DNA from: an uncultured delta proteobacterium
GTDB taxonomy: Bacteria; Desulfobacterota; Binatia; Bin18
Reading direction: 5' to 3'
Assembly: GCA_963733195.1 (NCBI GenBank)
Contig: CAVTCR010000051.1
Span: 1 to 20,759, forward strand
DNA length: 20,759 nt
The translations under genes were made by a program, and so were the position numbers. The notes under the pieces were generated by a model. That model worked only from the letters and a program-made list of their open reading frames with translations. It made no database searches and was not told the DNA's origin. Within the stretch, counting starts at the first letter, position 1, and each line of letters starts with the position of its first letter. Below, piece by piece: positions 10,435 to 19,326 of this stretch.

Positions 10435-10493
10435 AAAATTTTCGACCTGTATCGGACACTCGTCCCGGTAGAACCTGGGACAAGTGGCAGCTC

Positions 10494-10534
10494 GTCATTC
10501 CGGGCAAGGCTGCAGGCCGCGACCCGGAATCCAG
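10494..10534. repeat. REP-like palindrome GTCATTCCGGG...CCCGGAATCCAG
   Basis: ATTCCGGG (10497-10504) / CCCGGAAT (10523-10530) inverted repeat with GTC and CCAG ends, as in GTCATTCC..GGAATCC-type REPs. Confidence 0.7.
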
Positions 10535-10719
10535 GAGCATCCGGTTTCTGCTGTCATGCTCTTCGGTTTAAGGTTCACCTCACACGGGCTCCTCATCAAT
10601 TTGCGGATCGCTCACCACAAGTGTTAAAGTGGGCATTGGGGAAACGTACACCGAGTTGCACAGCCAGAGAGATCAACCTCTTCCATTCACCTCATCAGCA
10701 ACTCTCTTCTGCGCAGCTC

Positions 10720-10738
10720 TGTGAGCGTCACGCTCACA
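10720..10738. promoter_or_regulatory. Perfect 19-bp palindrome, candidate operator upstream of cas3
   Basis: TGTGAGCGT-C-ACGCTCACA, 138 bp upstream of the cas3 ATG; function is inference. Confidence 0.4.
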
Positions 10739-10876
10739 ACGAGTAGACGTCTTGGACAGAAGGACCTAGGTGCCCAGCGTCGAATTTCGACCGCGAGGCA
10801 CTCTCACGGCCAATCGGCGGAGCTTTGCCCACGAAAAACACCCTGAGGCAGAAACGAACGTATTTAAGGAATTGCT

Positions 10877-13361
10877 ATGGTTATTGCTCACCAACGGAAG
10901 CATGACAAAGCCACACAAAGTCTTGAAGAGCATTTGTTCGGCGTTGCGAGCGAAGCTAAATCATTCGCCACAAAAATTCATTTGGAGGAACAAGGGGAGC
11001 TGATCGGATTGCTGCACGACTTGGGTAAGTACAGCAAGGAGTTTCAAAATTACATCCGATCTGCAGTCGGCCTGCTGAATCCAGACGAGGATGAGGAGTT
11101 CGTCGAGGCGAAGGAACTCAAAGGTAAAGTAGACCACTCAACCGCAGGTGCCCAACTTGTTTGGGAGGCGTTGTCCAAACAAGGTCAAATAGGACAAGTC
11201 GCAGGACAGATCCTCGCCTTATGTATTGCGTCCCATCATTCTGGCCTGATCGATTGCTTATCCTCAAATGCCAAAGGGCTTGGCGAAGATATTTTTACTA
11301 AGCGAATGCTGAAGCTCGATGAGCGGACGCACCTTCAGGAAGCTGTGGTAAACATGGACGCGCGGATCACTGCGCGGTTTCGCGAACTTACGAACAATCC
11401 AGCCCTGCTTGATGGTCTAAAAAATTCAATCGGCCAAGTTATGCGGGGTGACTTGGAATTGATTAAAACAGCCTCAGACCGAAATGCGGTAACACAGTTC
11501 AAGATCGGGTTATTGGTGCGGTTGTTATTCAGTTGTTTGATCGACGCAGACCGTATCAATACTGCCGACTTTGAGAACCCCGAAGCTGCGGCACAGCGAC
11601 CGAAGGGGAAGTACTCGGAATGGGACCTGTTAATCGATCGCCTAGAAAAGGATCTGCAAGGAAAGAGTATCGTACATCCGATAGACGAAATCCGGCGCCG
11701 CATTTCGGATCAGTGCTTTAAAAGTGCCTCTCGAAGCAAAGGTATCTATACCCTGACGGTTCCAACTGGTGGTGGCAAGACACTCGCGAGTCTGCGCTTT
11801 GCGCTGCATCACGCGAAAGCACACGGTATGGATCGAGTGATTTACGCTATTCCTTTTACTTCTATCATCGACCAAAACGCCGATGTCGTGCGAAAAATCC
11901 TTGAGCCAGCAGGTGTAGTGTCAGGGAGCGTGGTGCTTGAACACCACTCGAATCTAACCCCAGAAGAACAGACATGGAAAAGTAAAATTCTATCCGAAAA
12001 CTGGGACGCTCCAGTTGTGTACACCACGAATGTGCAGCTTCTGGAGACACTCTTTGGTGCCGGCACTCGTGGTGCACGGCGAATGCACCAATTAGCCAAT
12101 GCCGTCCTGGTCTTTGATGAAATCCAGACATTACCACTCAATTGTATCCATTTGTTCTGCAATGCAATCAATTTTTTGGTTGAGCACTGCGGCAGTACGG
12201 TCCTGCTCTGTACGGCGACACAACCCTTACTGAATCGTGTAGAACCATCGAAGGGTGCACTACGCATAACTGCTGAAAGTGAACTCATGCCGGACGTCAC
12301 AAGGCTTTTCGCCGATCTAAAGCGTGTTGAGGTACTCAATCGGAGAAAGCCAGGTGGTTGGAGCAACGAAGAGATTGCTCGTCTCGCCCTAGAAGAAGTC
12401 GACCAACACAAGAGTTGTCTGGTGATTGTGAATACTAAACGATCGGCTCGGGAGATTTTCCAGCTCTGCCGCAACGAAACAGACATCCCAATTTACCACT
12501 TGAGCACGAGTATGTGTGCTGCGCATCGGAGAAAGGTGCTCAGTGACATTCGCAATCATCTTGATCACAAGGAGCACATTTTGTGTATCAGTACCCAGCT
12601 TATCGAAGCGGGAGTCGATATCGATTTTGGCTCGGTCATTCGCTTTCTCGCAGGCCTAGACTCTATCGCGCAAGCGGCTGGGCGGTGCAATCGCAACGGA
12701 CGTTCACAGTTGGGTCGAGTGCACGTTATCAACCCAAGCGACGAAAGCGTTGAGAGGCTTACAGACATAAGCAGCGGCAAGAACACCACAGCACGACTCC
12801 TTGAAGAGTATGAGAAGCACGCCACCATGTTTGTGAATGATCTCGTCGGACCTGAGGCAATGGAGTGGTATTTCCATTACTACTTTTTCGATCGACGCAA
12901 AGACATGGACTATCCAGTTTCGGCTGGAACGCTGGGACATAACGACACTTTGCTCAACTTGCTCTCCGTCAATCCCCACGCAAGCGGAAGAATTTCGTCG
13001 TTGCCACAGTAAGCTTCCGAATTTGTATCTTCGTCAATCTTTTATGTCTGCGGCTAAAGCATTTAAGTCAATCGATGCGCCGACGAGAGGTGTGATTGTT
13101 CCATATGGCGAGAGTGGCAAGGCAATCATCAATGACCTGTGCTCTGCATTTATGGTTGAAAAACAATGGAAGCTTTTACGAAAAGCGCAGCAATACACGG
13201 TCAATGTGTTTTCGGATGATCTGCGGCGTCTTCGGGAAGTCTACGCCGTGCTTCCAGTCCAGGAAGATACAGACATCCTTTATCTCGATGCTCGCTATTA
13301 TAGCCCAGAGTTTGGCTTGAGCCTGACACCTGTCGGGGAAATGGAGATGTTGCATGTCTGA
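10877..13361 (+). CDS. cas3: CRISPR-associated HD nuclease/helicase Cas3, split by one +1 frameshift near 12974-12983
   Basis: HD domain (EEHL, LLHDLGK, DHS, SHHSGL, SCLIDADR); helicase motifs VPTGGGKT, DEIQ, CTATQP, STQLIEAGVDIDF, QAAGRCNR. ORF stops at 13012 but the C-terminal domain (LRQSFMSAAKAFKSID..VIVPY..LRKAQQYTVNVF..YYSPEFGL) continues in the next frame to 13361. Confidence 0.93.
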
Positions 13362-14076
13362 GTTGACTCGCAGCAATATCGAATTCCGTGTGTGGGGGCG
13401 ATTCGCTCTCTTCTCCGATCCTTTAACCAAGATCGGTGGAGAAAAGTGTTCCTATCACATCCCCACTTACGAAGCACTCAAAGGCATCACCAAATCTATT
13501 TATTGGAAACCCACACTCATCTGGGTCATTGACGAGGTGCGCATCATGAAGCGCATCCGTACGCAGACGAAAGGTACAAAACCGTTGGAGTACGGTGGCG
13601 GGAATACATTAGCCATCTACACTTTTCTGGCAGATGTCGAATATCAGGTGAAGGCACACTTTGAATGGAATCTGCACCGTCCAGAACTCGCGGATGACCG
13701 TAATGAGGCAAAGCATCACATCATTGCCCAACGCATGCTAGAGCGCGGTGGACGGCAGGATATTTTCCTCGGCACTCGTGATTGCCAGGGATATGTCGAA
13801 CCCTGTGTATTTGGCTCTGAGCAAAGTTATCACAACAATTCAGGAGAACTTGCGTTCGGCGTAATGTTTCACGGGTTTGATTACCCTGATGAAATAGGGG
13901 AAGCCAAGCTGCACGCACGCTTTTGGCGACCAACGATGGTCGATGGTGTGATTCGTTTCGTACGACCGGAAGACTGTACGATCAGAAAGTTCATTCGAGA
14001 GATGGGTGTAAAGAAATTCGAGAAAGACCGGAACTTCCGGTACGCGGAACTGGAAGTGAACGAACTGGAAGGTTGA
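13354..14076 (+). CDS. cas5: Type I-C Cas5 (Cas5c/Cas5d), pre-crRNA processing endoribonuclease
   Basis: FRVWGRFALFSDP..KIGGEKCSYHIPTYEALKG..IYWKP, DVEYQVKAHF, IFLGTRDC; overlaps the cas3 end; no cas6 in the operon. Confidence 0.96.
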   Translation: MSELTRSNIEFRVWGRFALFSDPLTKIGGEKCSYHIPTYEALKGITKSIYWKPTLIWVIDEVRIMKRIRTQTKGTKPLEYGGGNTLAIYTFLADVEYQVKAHFEWNLHRPELADDRNEAKHHIIAQRMLERGGRQDIFLGTRDCQGYVEPCVFGSEQSYHNNSGELAFGVMFHGFDYPDEIGEAKLHARFWRPTMVDGVIRFVRPEDCTIRKFIREMGVKKFEKDRNFRYAELEVNELEG

Positions 14077-14077
14077 T

Positions 14078-15973
14078 ATGGGCTGGATGCAAAAACTTTA
14101 CGAGACGTACGAACAAGGTGCAGGCAATCTACAGTTTGCCCAAGAAAGCAAACCGTTGTTACCCATCAGTCATGTAACACAACAAGCACATATCGAGATC
14201 ACTATAGATGAGGAAGGAAATTTTCGTCGGGCAACGGTTATTCCCAAAGTGGAAACAATTCTACCAGCAACAGAAAAGTCGGCTGGTCGTTCCAGTGGCG
14301 AAGCGCCGCATCCCCTATGTGACAAAATTCATTACTGCGCAGCCGATTATCCTATGTACGGTGGCCAAAAGCCTCATTACTACCCTGGCTATGCTGAACA
14401 GTTATCCCAATGGAATATGTCCACGTTCTCTCATCAGAAAGCCCGGGCTGTCCTCAACTATGTCAGGAAAGGAACGATAGTTGCTGACCTTGTGCGCGAG
14501 AAAATCTTACACGTTGGGCAAAATGGAAAATTGCTCACATCCTGGGAATCCGATGCTCCTGAGCCAGACATCTTCAAGTACCTCACGCCGAAAAAAGAAG
14601 CAGGGGTAGCTGTTCGTGATCAAGGGGATGCCTTAGTGCGCTGGCGTGTTGAAATACTCCACGATCCTCTATCCGCAACGTGGGAGGATCAAGACCTTAT
14701 GCGCGCGTGGGTGAGCTACTATGCAAGTCGGAAAGCGAATCCTGGACTTTGCTTAGTCACCGGGGAAGACATGATGCTAGCAGATCAGCATCCTGCCAGA
14801 CTCCGACACGGTGGAGATAAAGCAAAGTTAATTTCCTCGAATGACACCAGTGGCTTTACCTTTCGTGGTCGCTTTGTCGACGCTGACCAAGCCTGTGGTG
14901 TCGGATTTGATGTCACACAAAAAGCTCATAATGCCCTGCGTTGGTTGATCGGACGGCAAGCATATCAAAACGGTGATCAGGCAATTGTCGCATGGGCGGT
15001 ATCGGGAAAATCGATTCCTGACCCGTTTGCAAATTCTCACGAACTGTTTGACATTGAGATTGACCAGCCTGAAGGAGCCTCTCAAGTACAAGGAGATGTA
15101 GGCCAAGCGTTTGGCAAGAGATTAGCGAAGTTGATAGCAGGCTACCGCGCAGACCTTGGTTCAACCAACGAAATCGTCGTCATGAGCTTGGATTCCGCCA
15201 CTCCAGGCCGAATGGCAATGACCTTCTACCGCGAATTGACGGGGTCCGAGTTTCTTGAACGCGTCCAGTCTTGGCACGAGAACGTTGTCTGGCATCAACA
15301 CTATTCCAAAGACTTACGGTTTATCGGGGCCCCGTCTCCCAAGGACATCGCGGAAGCAGCTTTTGGCCATCGGCTGGACGACAAACTTCGTAAGGCAACA
15401 GTGGAGCGTTTACTTCCTTGCATCATCGATGGACAAACAATTCCCCGTGACCTGGTGGAATCGGCTATACGTCGCTCATGCAACCGAGCAAGTCTGGAGC
15501 ACTGGGAGTGGGAAAAGAATCTTGGCATCTCCTGCGCCCTGTTCCGCGGGTACCACAAGCAAAGGAGTTATCACATGGCATTAGAATCCAATCGAACCAC
15601 CCGCGATTACCTTTATGGACGCCTGTTGGCAATTGCGGAGCATATTGAAAACCGCGCACTGTACGTCGCCGGGGAAAAGCGGGAGACGAGTGCTACCAGG
15701 CTCATGCAACGGTTTGCCGATCGACCGTACTCAACCTGGAGAACTATCGAGCTTTCGCTCACTCCCTACAAATCACGCCTGCGCACGAAGCGTTCTTCAT
15801 TTTTGAATGAAATGGAAAAGCAAATTGATGCAGTGGTTGGCGCATTTCAAGCGCAAGACTTTACCGACGAAAAGCGGCTTTCTGGAGAGTTTCTGCTGGG
15901 ATATCACTGCCAGAGACAAGTACTGTGGAACAAGCCAGAACCAGACACTGATGAGGACGATAACGATAACTAA
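14078..15973 (+). CDS. cas8c: Type I-C Cascade large subunit Cas8c (Csd1)
   Basis: 631 aa; MGWMQKLYETYE, APHPLCDK, CLVTG, AKLISSND, ATPGRMA, YLYGRLLA, FLLGYHCQR; position between cas5 and cas7. Confidence 0.96.
   Translation: MGWMQKLYETYEQGAGNLQFAQESKPLLPISHVTQQAHIEITIDEEGNFRRATVIPKVETILPATEKSAGRSSGEAPHPLCDKIHYCAADYPMYGGQKPHYYPGYAEQLSQWNMSTFSHQKARAVLNYVRKGTIVADLVREKILHVGQNGKLLTSWESDAPEPDIFKYLTPKKEAGVAVRDQGDALVRWRVEILHDPLSATWEDQDLMRAWVSYYASRKANPGLCLVTGEDMMLADQHPARLRHGGDKAKLISSNDTSGFTFRGRFVDADQACGVGFDVTQKAHNALRWLIGRQAYQNGDQAIVAWAVSGKSIPDPFANSHELFDIEIDQPEGASQVQGDVGQAFGKRLAKLIAGYRADLGSTNEIVVMSLDSATPGRMAMTFYRELTGSEFLERVQSWHENVVWHQHYSKDLRFIGAPSPKDIAEAAFGHRLDDKLRKATVERLLPCIIDGQTIPRDLVESAIRRSCNRASLEHWEWEKNLGISCALFRGYHKQRSYHMALESNRTTRDYLYGRLLAIAEHIENRALYVAGEKRETSATRLMQRFADRPYSTWRTIELSLTPYKSRLRTKRSSFLNEMEKQIDAVVGAFQAQDFTDEKRLSGEFLLGYHCQRQVLWNKPEPDTDEDDNDN
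15575..15973 (+). CDS. cas11: Cas11c small subunit from an internal in-frame start within cas8c
   Basis: AAAGGAG (15561-15567), 7 nt, then in-frame ATG 15575 giving 132 aa MALESNRTTRDYLYGRLLAIAE...; internal translation of Cas11 from cas8c is established for type I-C. Confidence 0.85.
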   Translation: MALESNRTTRDYLYGRLLAIAEHIENRALYVAGEKRETSATRLMQRFADRPYSTWRTIELSLTPYKSRLRTKRSSFLNEMEKQIDAVVGAFQAQDFTDEKRLSGEFLLGYHCQRQVLWNKPEPDTDEDDNDN

Positions 15974-15991
15974 CCTGATGAAGGAGCAACG

Positions 15992-16840
15992 ATGCCAACA
16001 TTACAACAGAAGATCGACTTCGCCATTATTCTACGTGTGAAGAATGCCAACCCAAACGGTGACCCGCTCAACGGGAACCGACCCCGCACGGATTATGAGG
16101 GGCTCGGCGAAATCACCGATGTCTGTATTAAGCGGAAAATCAGAGACCGCCTGCTAGAAAAGGGTACGGCAATTTTTGTGCAGTCAGACGACCGGAGGGT
16201 AGATGGCGCCAAAAGCCTACGAGCAAGAGCCGAAGCTACTCTTGGCAATAAGTTGGGGTCCATCGATACCGCAAAACTGGCGTGTGAAAAATGGTTCGAT
16301 GTACGAGCCTTCGGTCAGCTTTTCGCATTTAAGGCCGACAAGAAAGGGAAGAAAAAGGAAGAGGGGGATGATGGAGATACCGGTGTTTCCATTGGTATAC
16401 GTGGACCTGTCTCTGTGCAATCTGCCTTCAGCGTGGAACCTGTCAGTGTTACGAGCACTCAGATTACCAAAAGTGTCAGTGGTGAAGGAGATGGGACAAA
16501 GCGCAGTTCAGATACCATGGGCATGAAGCATCGTGTGGATCGTGGTGTGTATGCCTTTTTCGGTAGCATGAACCCACAGTTGGCAGAAAGAACAGGATTT
16601 AGCGACGCAGATGCAGAAGCCATCAAGCAAATATTGCCACGGTTGTTCGAAAATGATGCTTCGTCTGCCAGACCGGAAGGAAGCATGGAAGTGAGCAAAG
16701 TCTTCTGGTGGCAGCACAATTGTAAAGCAGGACAGTATTCCTCCGCCAAGGTTCATCGCACCTTGTCCGTTAAACCTGACGGAAGCTATGAGCTGGCTAA
16801 CCTCAGTGGCCTTGTCCCCGAAGAAATCAATGGTTTTTGA
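15992..16840 (+). CDS. cas7: Type I-C Cascade backbone Cas7 (Csd2)
   Basis: NANPNGDPLNGNRPR, TDVCIKRKIR, DVRAFG, IRGPVS, TMGMKH, FENDASSARPEG; AAGGAG ribosome-binding site. Confidence 0.97.
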   Translation: MPTLQQKIDFAIILRVKNANPNGDPLNGNRPRTDYEGLGEITDVCIKRKIRDRLLEKGTAIFVQSDDRRVDGAKSLRARAEATLGNKLGSIDTAKLACEKWFDVRAFGQLFAFKADKKGKKKEEGDDGDTGVSIGIRGPVSVQSAFSVEPVSVTSTQITKSVSGEGDGTKRSSDTMGMKHRVDRGVYAFFGSMNPQLAERTGFSDADAEAIKQILPRLFENDASSARPEGSMEVSKVFWWQHNCKAGQYSSAKVHRTLSVKPDGSYELANLSGLVPEEINGF

Positions 16841-16878
16841 GAGACGCCCTATTACTCACTCGGAAAGAGGGTGAACTC

Positions 16879-17508
16879 GTGATTGATAGAGACAATGACG
16901 ATCCCATTATGCTCTCCGCCCTGGAGCACTACAGCTACTGTCCACGGCAGTGTGCGTTGATTCATGTGGAGCAATCCTTTGACGAGAACGTCTTACACGC
17001 TGCGGGGCGCGCGGTGCATGAACAAGTCGATCAACCGGAATGGGTTGTTGAGAAAGGCGTGCGTGTCGAACGGGCCTTGCCGCTATGGTCCCATCGCCTC
17101 GGATTGGTCGGCAAAGCCGATGTCGTCGAGTTCCACGGTGATACCCCCTACCCGGTCGAATACAAACATGGCCCGCGCCGACAAAAGGAACACGATGATC
17201 TCCAACTCTGTGCACAAGCGCTCTGTCTGGAAGAAATGACTGGTCAAGCCGTGCCGAAAGGTGCGATCTTCCATCACAGCTCGCGTCGTCGACGAGAGGT
17301 CGAGTTCACGCCAGCCTTGCGTGAGAAAGTTGAACAGACGGCGAACCAAATTCGGCTCATGCTCGCCGAGCGCACGCTGCCGCCAGCAGTCAATGACGCC
17401 CGCTGTAAGCACTGTTCGTTACAGGATTCGTGTTTGCCGTCGGTTACGAATGAGAAAAAGCGGCTGCAACGTCTTGCCAGTGAGTTGTTCACAGTTGTAG
17501 AGACGTAG
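16879..17508 (+). CDS. cas4: Cas4 exonuclease
   Basis: GTG after GAGGG; SALEHYSYCPRQCALIH, GKADVVEF, PVEYKHG, QLCAQALCLEEM, CKHCSLQDSC (four Fe-S cysteines). Likely compensating indel pair at about 16993-17007 (neighbouring frame reads YTLRG). Confidence 0.95.
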   Translation: MIDRDNDDPIMLSALEHYSYCPRQCALIHVEQSFDENVLHAAGRAVHEQVDQPEWVVEKGVRVERALPLWSHRLGLVGKADVVEFHGDTPYPVEYKHGPRRQKEHDDLQLCAQALCLEEMTGQAVPKGAIFHHSSRRRREVEFTPALREKVEQTANQIRLMLAERTLPPAVNDARCKHCSLQDSCLPSVTNEKKRLQRLASELFTVVET

Positions 17509-17532
17509 CATGCTGACATCAAATAGGACACG

Positions 17533-17612
17533 TGGATTCCCGCCGAAAGCGCTAGTCTAGACACTGCAACCAGCGCCGTAGGCACAGGGAGCGCAGCCAA
17601 CGCGGGAATGAC
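17533..17612. repeat. REP-like element TGGATTCCCGC...GCGGGAATGAC with enlarged internal segment
   Basis: ATTCCCGC (17536-17543) / GCGGGAAT (17602-17609) inverted repeat separated by 58 bp, in the cas4-cas1 gap. Confidence 0.65.
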
Positions 17613-17656
17613 GAAATTGAGCCGACTCAAATAAATGTGGAGAATGCTGAGGCCTT

Positions 17657-18686
17657 ATGCACCAACTCTCAATACCCTCTATGTCACTACCCCGGAAGCC
17701 TATGTTCGCCTCGATCACGAGACATTACGCGTCCAGGTGGAGAGGGAAACGAAACTCCAGGTGCCACTCCACCATCTCGGTGCTCTCGTGTGTTTTGGCG
17801 ATGTGCTGATCAGTCCAGCCTTGTTCCACCGCTGCGCCGATGATGGGCGATCTGTAGTGTTGTTAGATCGCAATGGCCGGTTCAAGGGACGACTCGAAGG
17901 ACCAGTGTCCGGAAACGTCCTGTTACGCAAAGCGCAGCACGAAGCGGTCAATTCACCACAGCAAACGCTCGCCATTGCCCGTAACATGGTTGCCGGAAAA
18001 ATGCAGAATGTTCGACAAATCGTTCTGCGTGCGGCGCGTGAAACGGATGACACCGACGATGCAACCCATCTTAAAGAGACGGTCAAACGTTAGCAATCGC
18101 ACTGGAACGTACCGCTACTGCCGAGGATCTCGATCAATTGCGTGGGTTCGAGGGCGAGGCTGCGCGGCAGTACTTCAGCACGTTTACCTGCATGGTACGA
18201 GAGGATCGGGAAACCTTTCAGCTCAACGGACGCAATCGCCGCCCTCCCCGCGATCGGATCAATGCCTTGTTGTCTTTCTTGTATGCACTACTGCTGGGCG
18301 ATTGTGTTTCAGCAGCAGAAGGAGTTGGGCTTGATCCACAGATGGGCTTTCTGCACGCGCTCCGGCCGGGACGACCAGCCCTTGGGCTCGATCTCATGGA
18401 GGAATTGCGCTCGGTCATCGCTGAGCGGCTTGCGCTGACGCTGATCAATCGTCGCCAGATCAATGCCGCACATTTTGTCGATCGTCCTGGTGGCGCGGTC
18501 TATTTGGGCGATGAAGGCCGCAAAGAAGTGATTGTCGCCTATCAGAAGCGCAAACAAGAGGAAATCCAACATCCGGTGTTAGAACAAAAAATGCCGATCG
18601 GCCTCATTCCGCACGTCCAGGCACGCCTATTGGCGCGGGTGTTGCGTGGGGACATGGAAACATATCTACCCTATTTCTATCGATAA
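17657..18686 (+). CDS. cas1: Type I-C Cas1 integrase, interrupted by apparent -1 frameshifts near 17667 and 18090
   Basis: ATG 17657 after GAGG gives MHQL, then LNTLYVTT in the adjacent frame; GPVSGNVLLRKAQ; after CGTTAG (18088-18093) the other frame reads LAIALERTATAEDLDQLRGFEGEAA..RNRRPPRDRINALLSFLY..GFLH..DLMEELR. Alternative in-frame starts exist at 17635/17644. Confidence 0.92.
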
Positions 18687-18697
18687 GAGGAGATGCG

Positions 18698-18987
18698 ATG
18701 CAGGTCTTAGTGGCCTATGACGTAGCGACTGAAAAAGACGATGGCAAAAGACGCCTGCGCAAAGTCGCCCAGGTATGTAAGAACTTCGGCCAGCGTGTAC
18801 AGAAATCGGTCTTCGAGTGCCTGGTCGATCAAGCGCAGTACGAACAACTGATTCGCGACCTCGTCAAATGCATTGATGAAAAGGAGGATAACTTACGTGT
18901 GTATCGTTTGCGAGAACCCAAAGAGCAGTTCTGTCGCCACTTTGGCGTCAACCATCAGTGAACTTTGATGACCCGTTGCTCGTATAG
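18698..18987 (+). CDS. cas2: Cas2, with an apparent -1 frameshift near 18950
   Basis: MQVLVAYDV..GKRRLRKVAQVCKNFGQRVQKSVFEC..DNLRVY; ORF stops at 18961, but adding one A at 18950 gives the type I-C-like tail FGVKPSVNFDDPLLV ending TAG 18985-18987. Confidence 0.92.
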
Positions 18988-19093
18988 TATCTAAACTCTG
19001 ACAAGGATAAAGATTGGAACAAACGATGACCTGGTAGCAATCTGATAGTCACGTGAGTAGCGCCCACCCTTTGAGTTGGGTAAAAGGTAAAAC
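18984..19093 (+). CRISPR. Degenerate mini-array (pseudo-repeat, 36-nt spacer, pseudo-repeat); candidate crRNA-like RNA
   Basis: R1 18984-19020 ATAGTATCTAAACTCTGACAAGGATAAAGATTGGAAC; spacer 19021-19056; R2 19057-19093 GTAGCGCCCACCCTTTGAGTTGGGTAAAAGGTAAAAC; both align end to end with the 38-nt array repeat. Confidence 0.72.
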
Positions 19094-19119
19094 AACCGGC
19101 AAGAGAAAAAGAAGCGATT

Positions 19120-19325
19120 ATGCGATACAAAATTGTCCTGCAGAAATCTGAAGAAGGCTACAGTGTGTCTTGCCCGGGTTGCCTGGTTGTTGGTCGCAGG
19201 GGGCCACTGAAACAGAAGCGATGGAAAATATTCAAGATGCCATTCGAGAGTATCTCGCTGCTGTTAATGACTTACTCCAAGAGACGCCCGAGGCCGAGGT
19301 GCGAGAAGTGGATGTCGTGGTATAG
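19120..19325 (+). CDS. hicB: HicB-family antitoxin (short form), apparent -1 frameshift near 19176-19180
   Basis: MRYKIVLQKSEEGYSVSCPG then, one base shifted, LPGCWSQGATETEAMENIQDAIREYL...EVDVVV-stop: the HicB signature P.LPGC.SQG.T..EA..NI.DAI..YL. Confidence 0.88.
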
Positions 19326-19326
19326 C

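Noticed and set aside
9310-10876. Integrase, transposase, tRNA or attachment site marking the island edge
   Set aside because: None recognisable in the sequence.
10390-11003. ORFs 10390-10746 and 10770-11003, and a 20-codon Cys-containing minus-strand ORF near 10625-10687
   Set aside because: No recognisable motifs; they cross REP-like palindromes or overlap cas3 out of frame, and ribosome-binding sites are poor or badly spaced.
11842-12486. 214-aa minus-strand ORF
   Set aside because: Antisense shadow of the cas3 helicase region with no motif.
12837-13361. 174-aa ORF as a separate gene between cas3 and cas5
   Set aside because: Its 3' part is the Cas3 C-terminal domain displaced by a +1 indel; its 5' part is an off-frame reading of cas3.
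15448-15700. Short matches of the mini-array spacer in cas8c (TGACCTGGT near 15448; TGCTACCAGG near 15691 on the opposite strand)
   Set aside because: 9-10-nt matches outside the seed and without a PAM are expected by chance in 20 kb.
17635-18686. Naturally split two-gene Cas1 or programmed frameshift
   Set aside because: One added T at about 18090 restores a continuous Cas1; no slippery heptamer or separate ribosome-binding site is evident.
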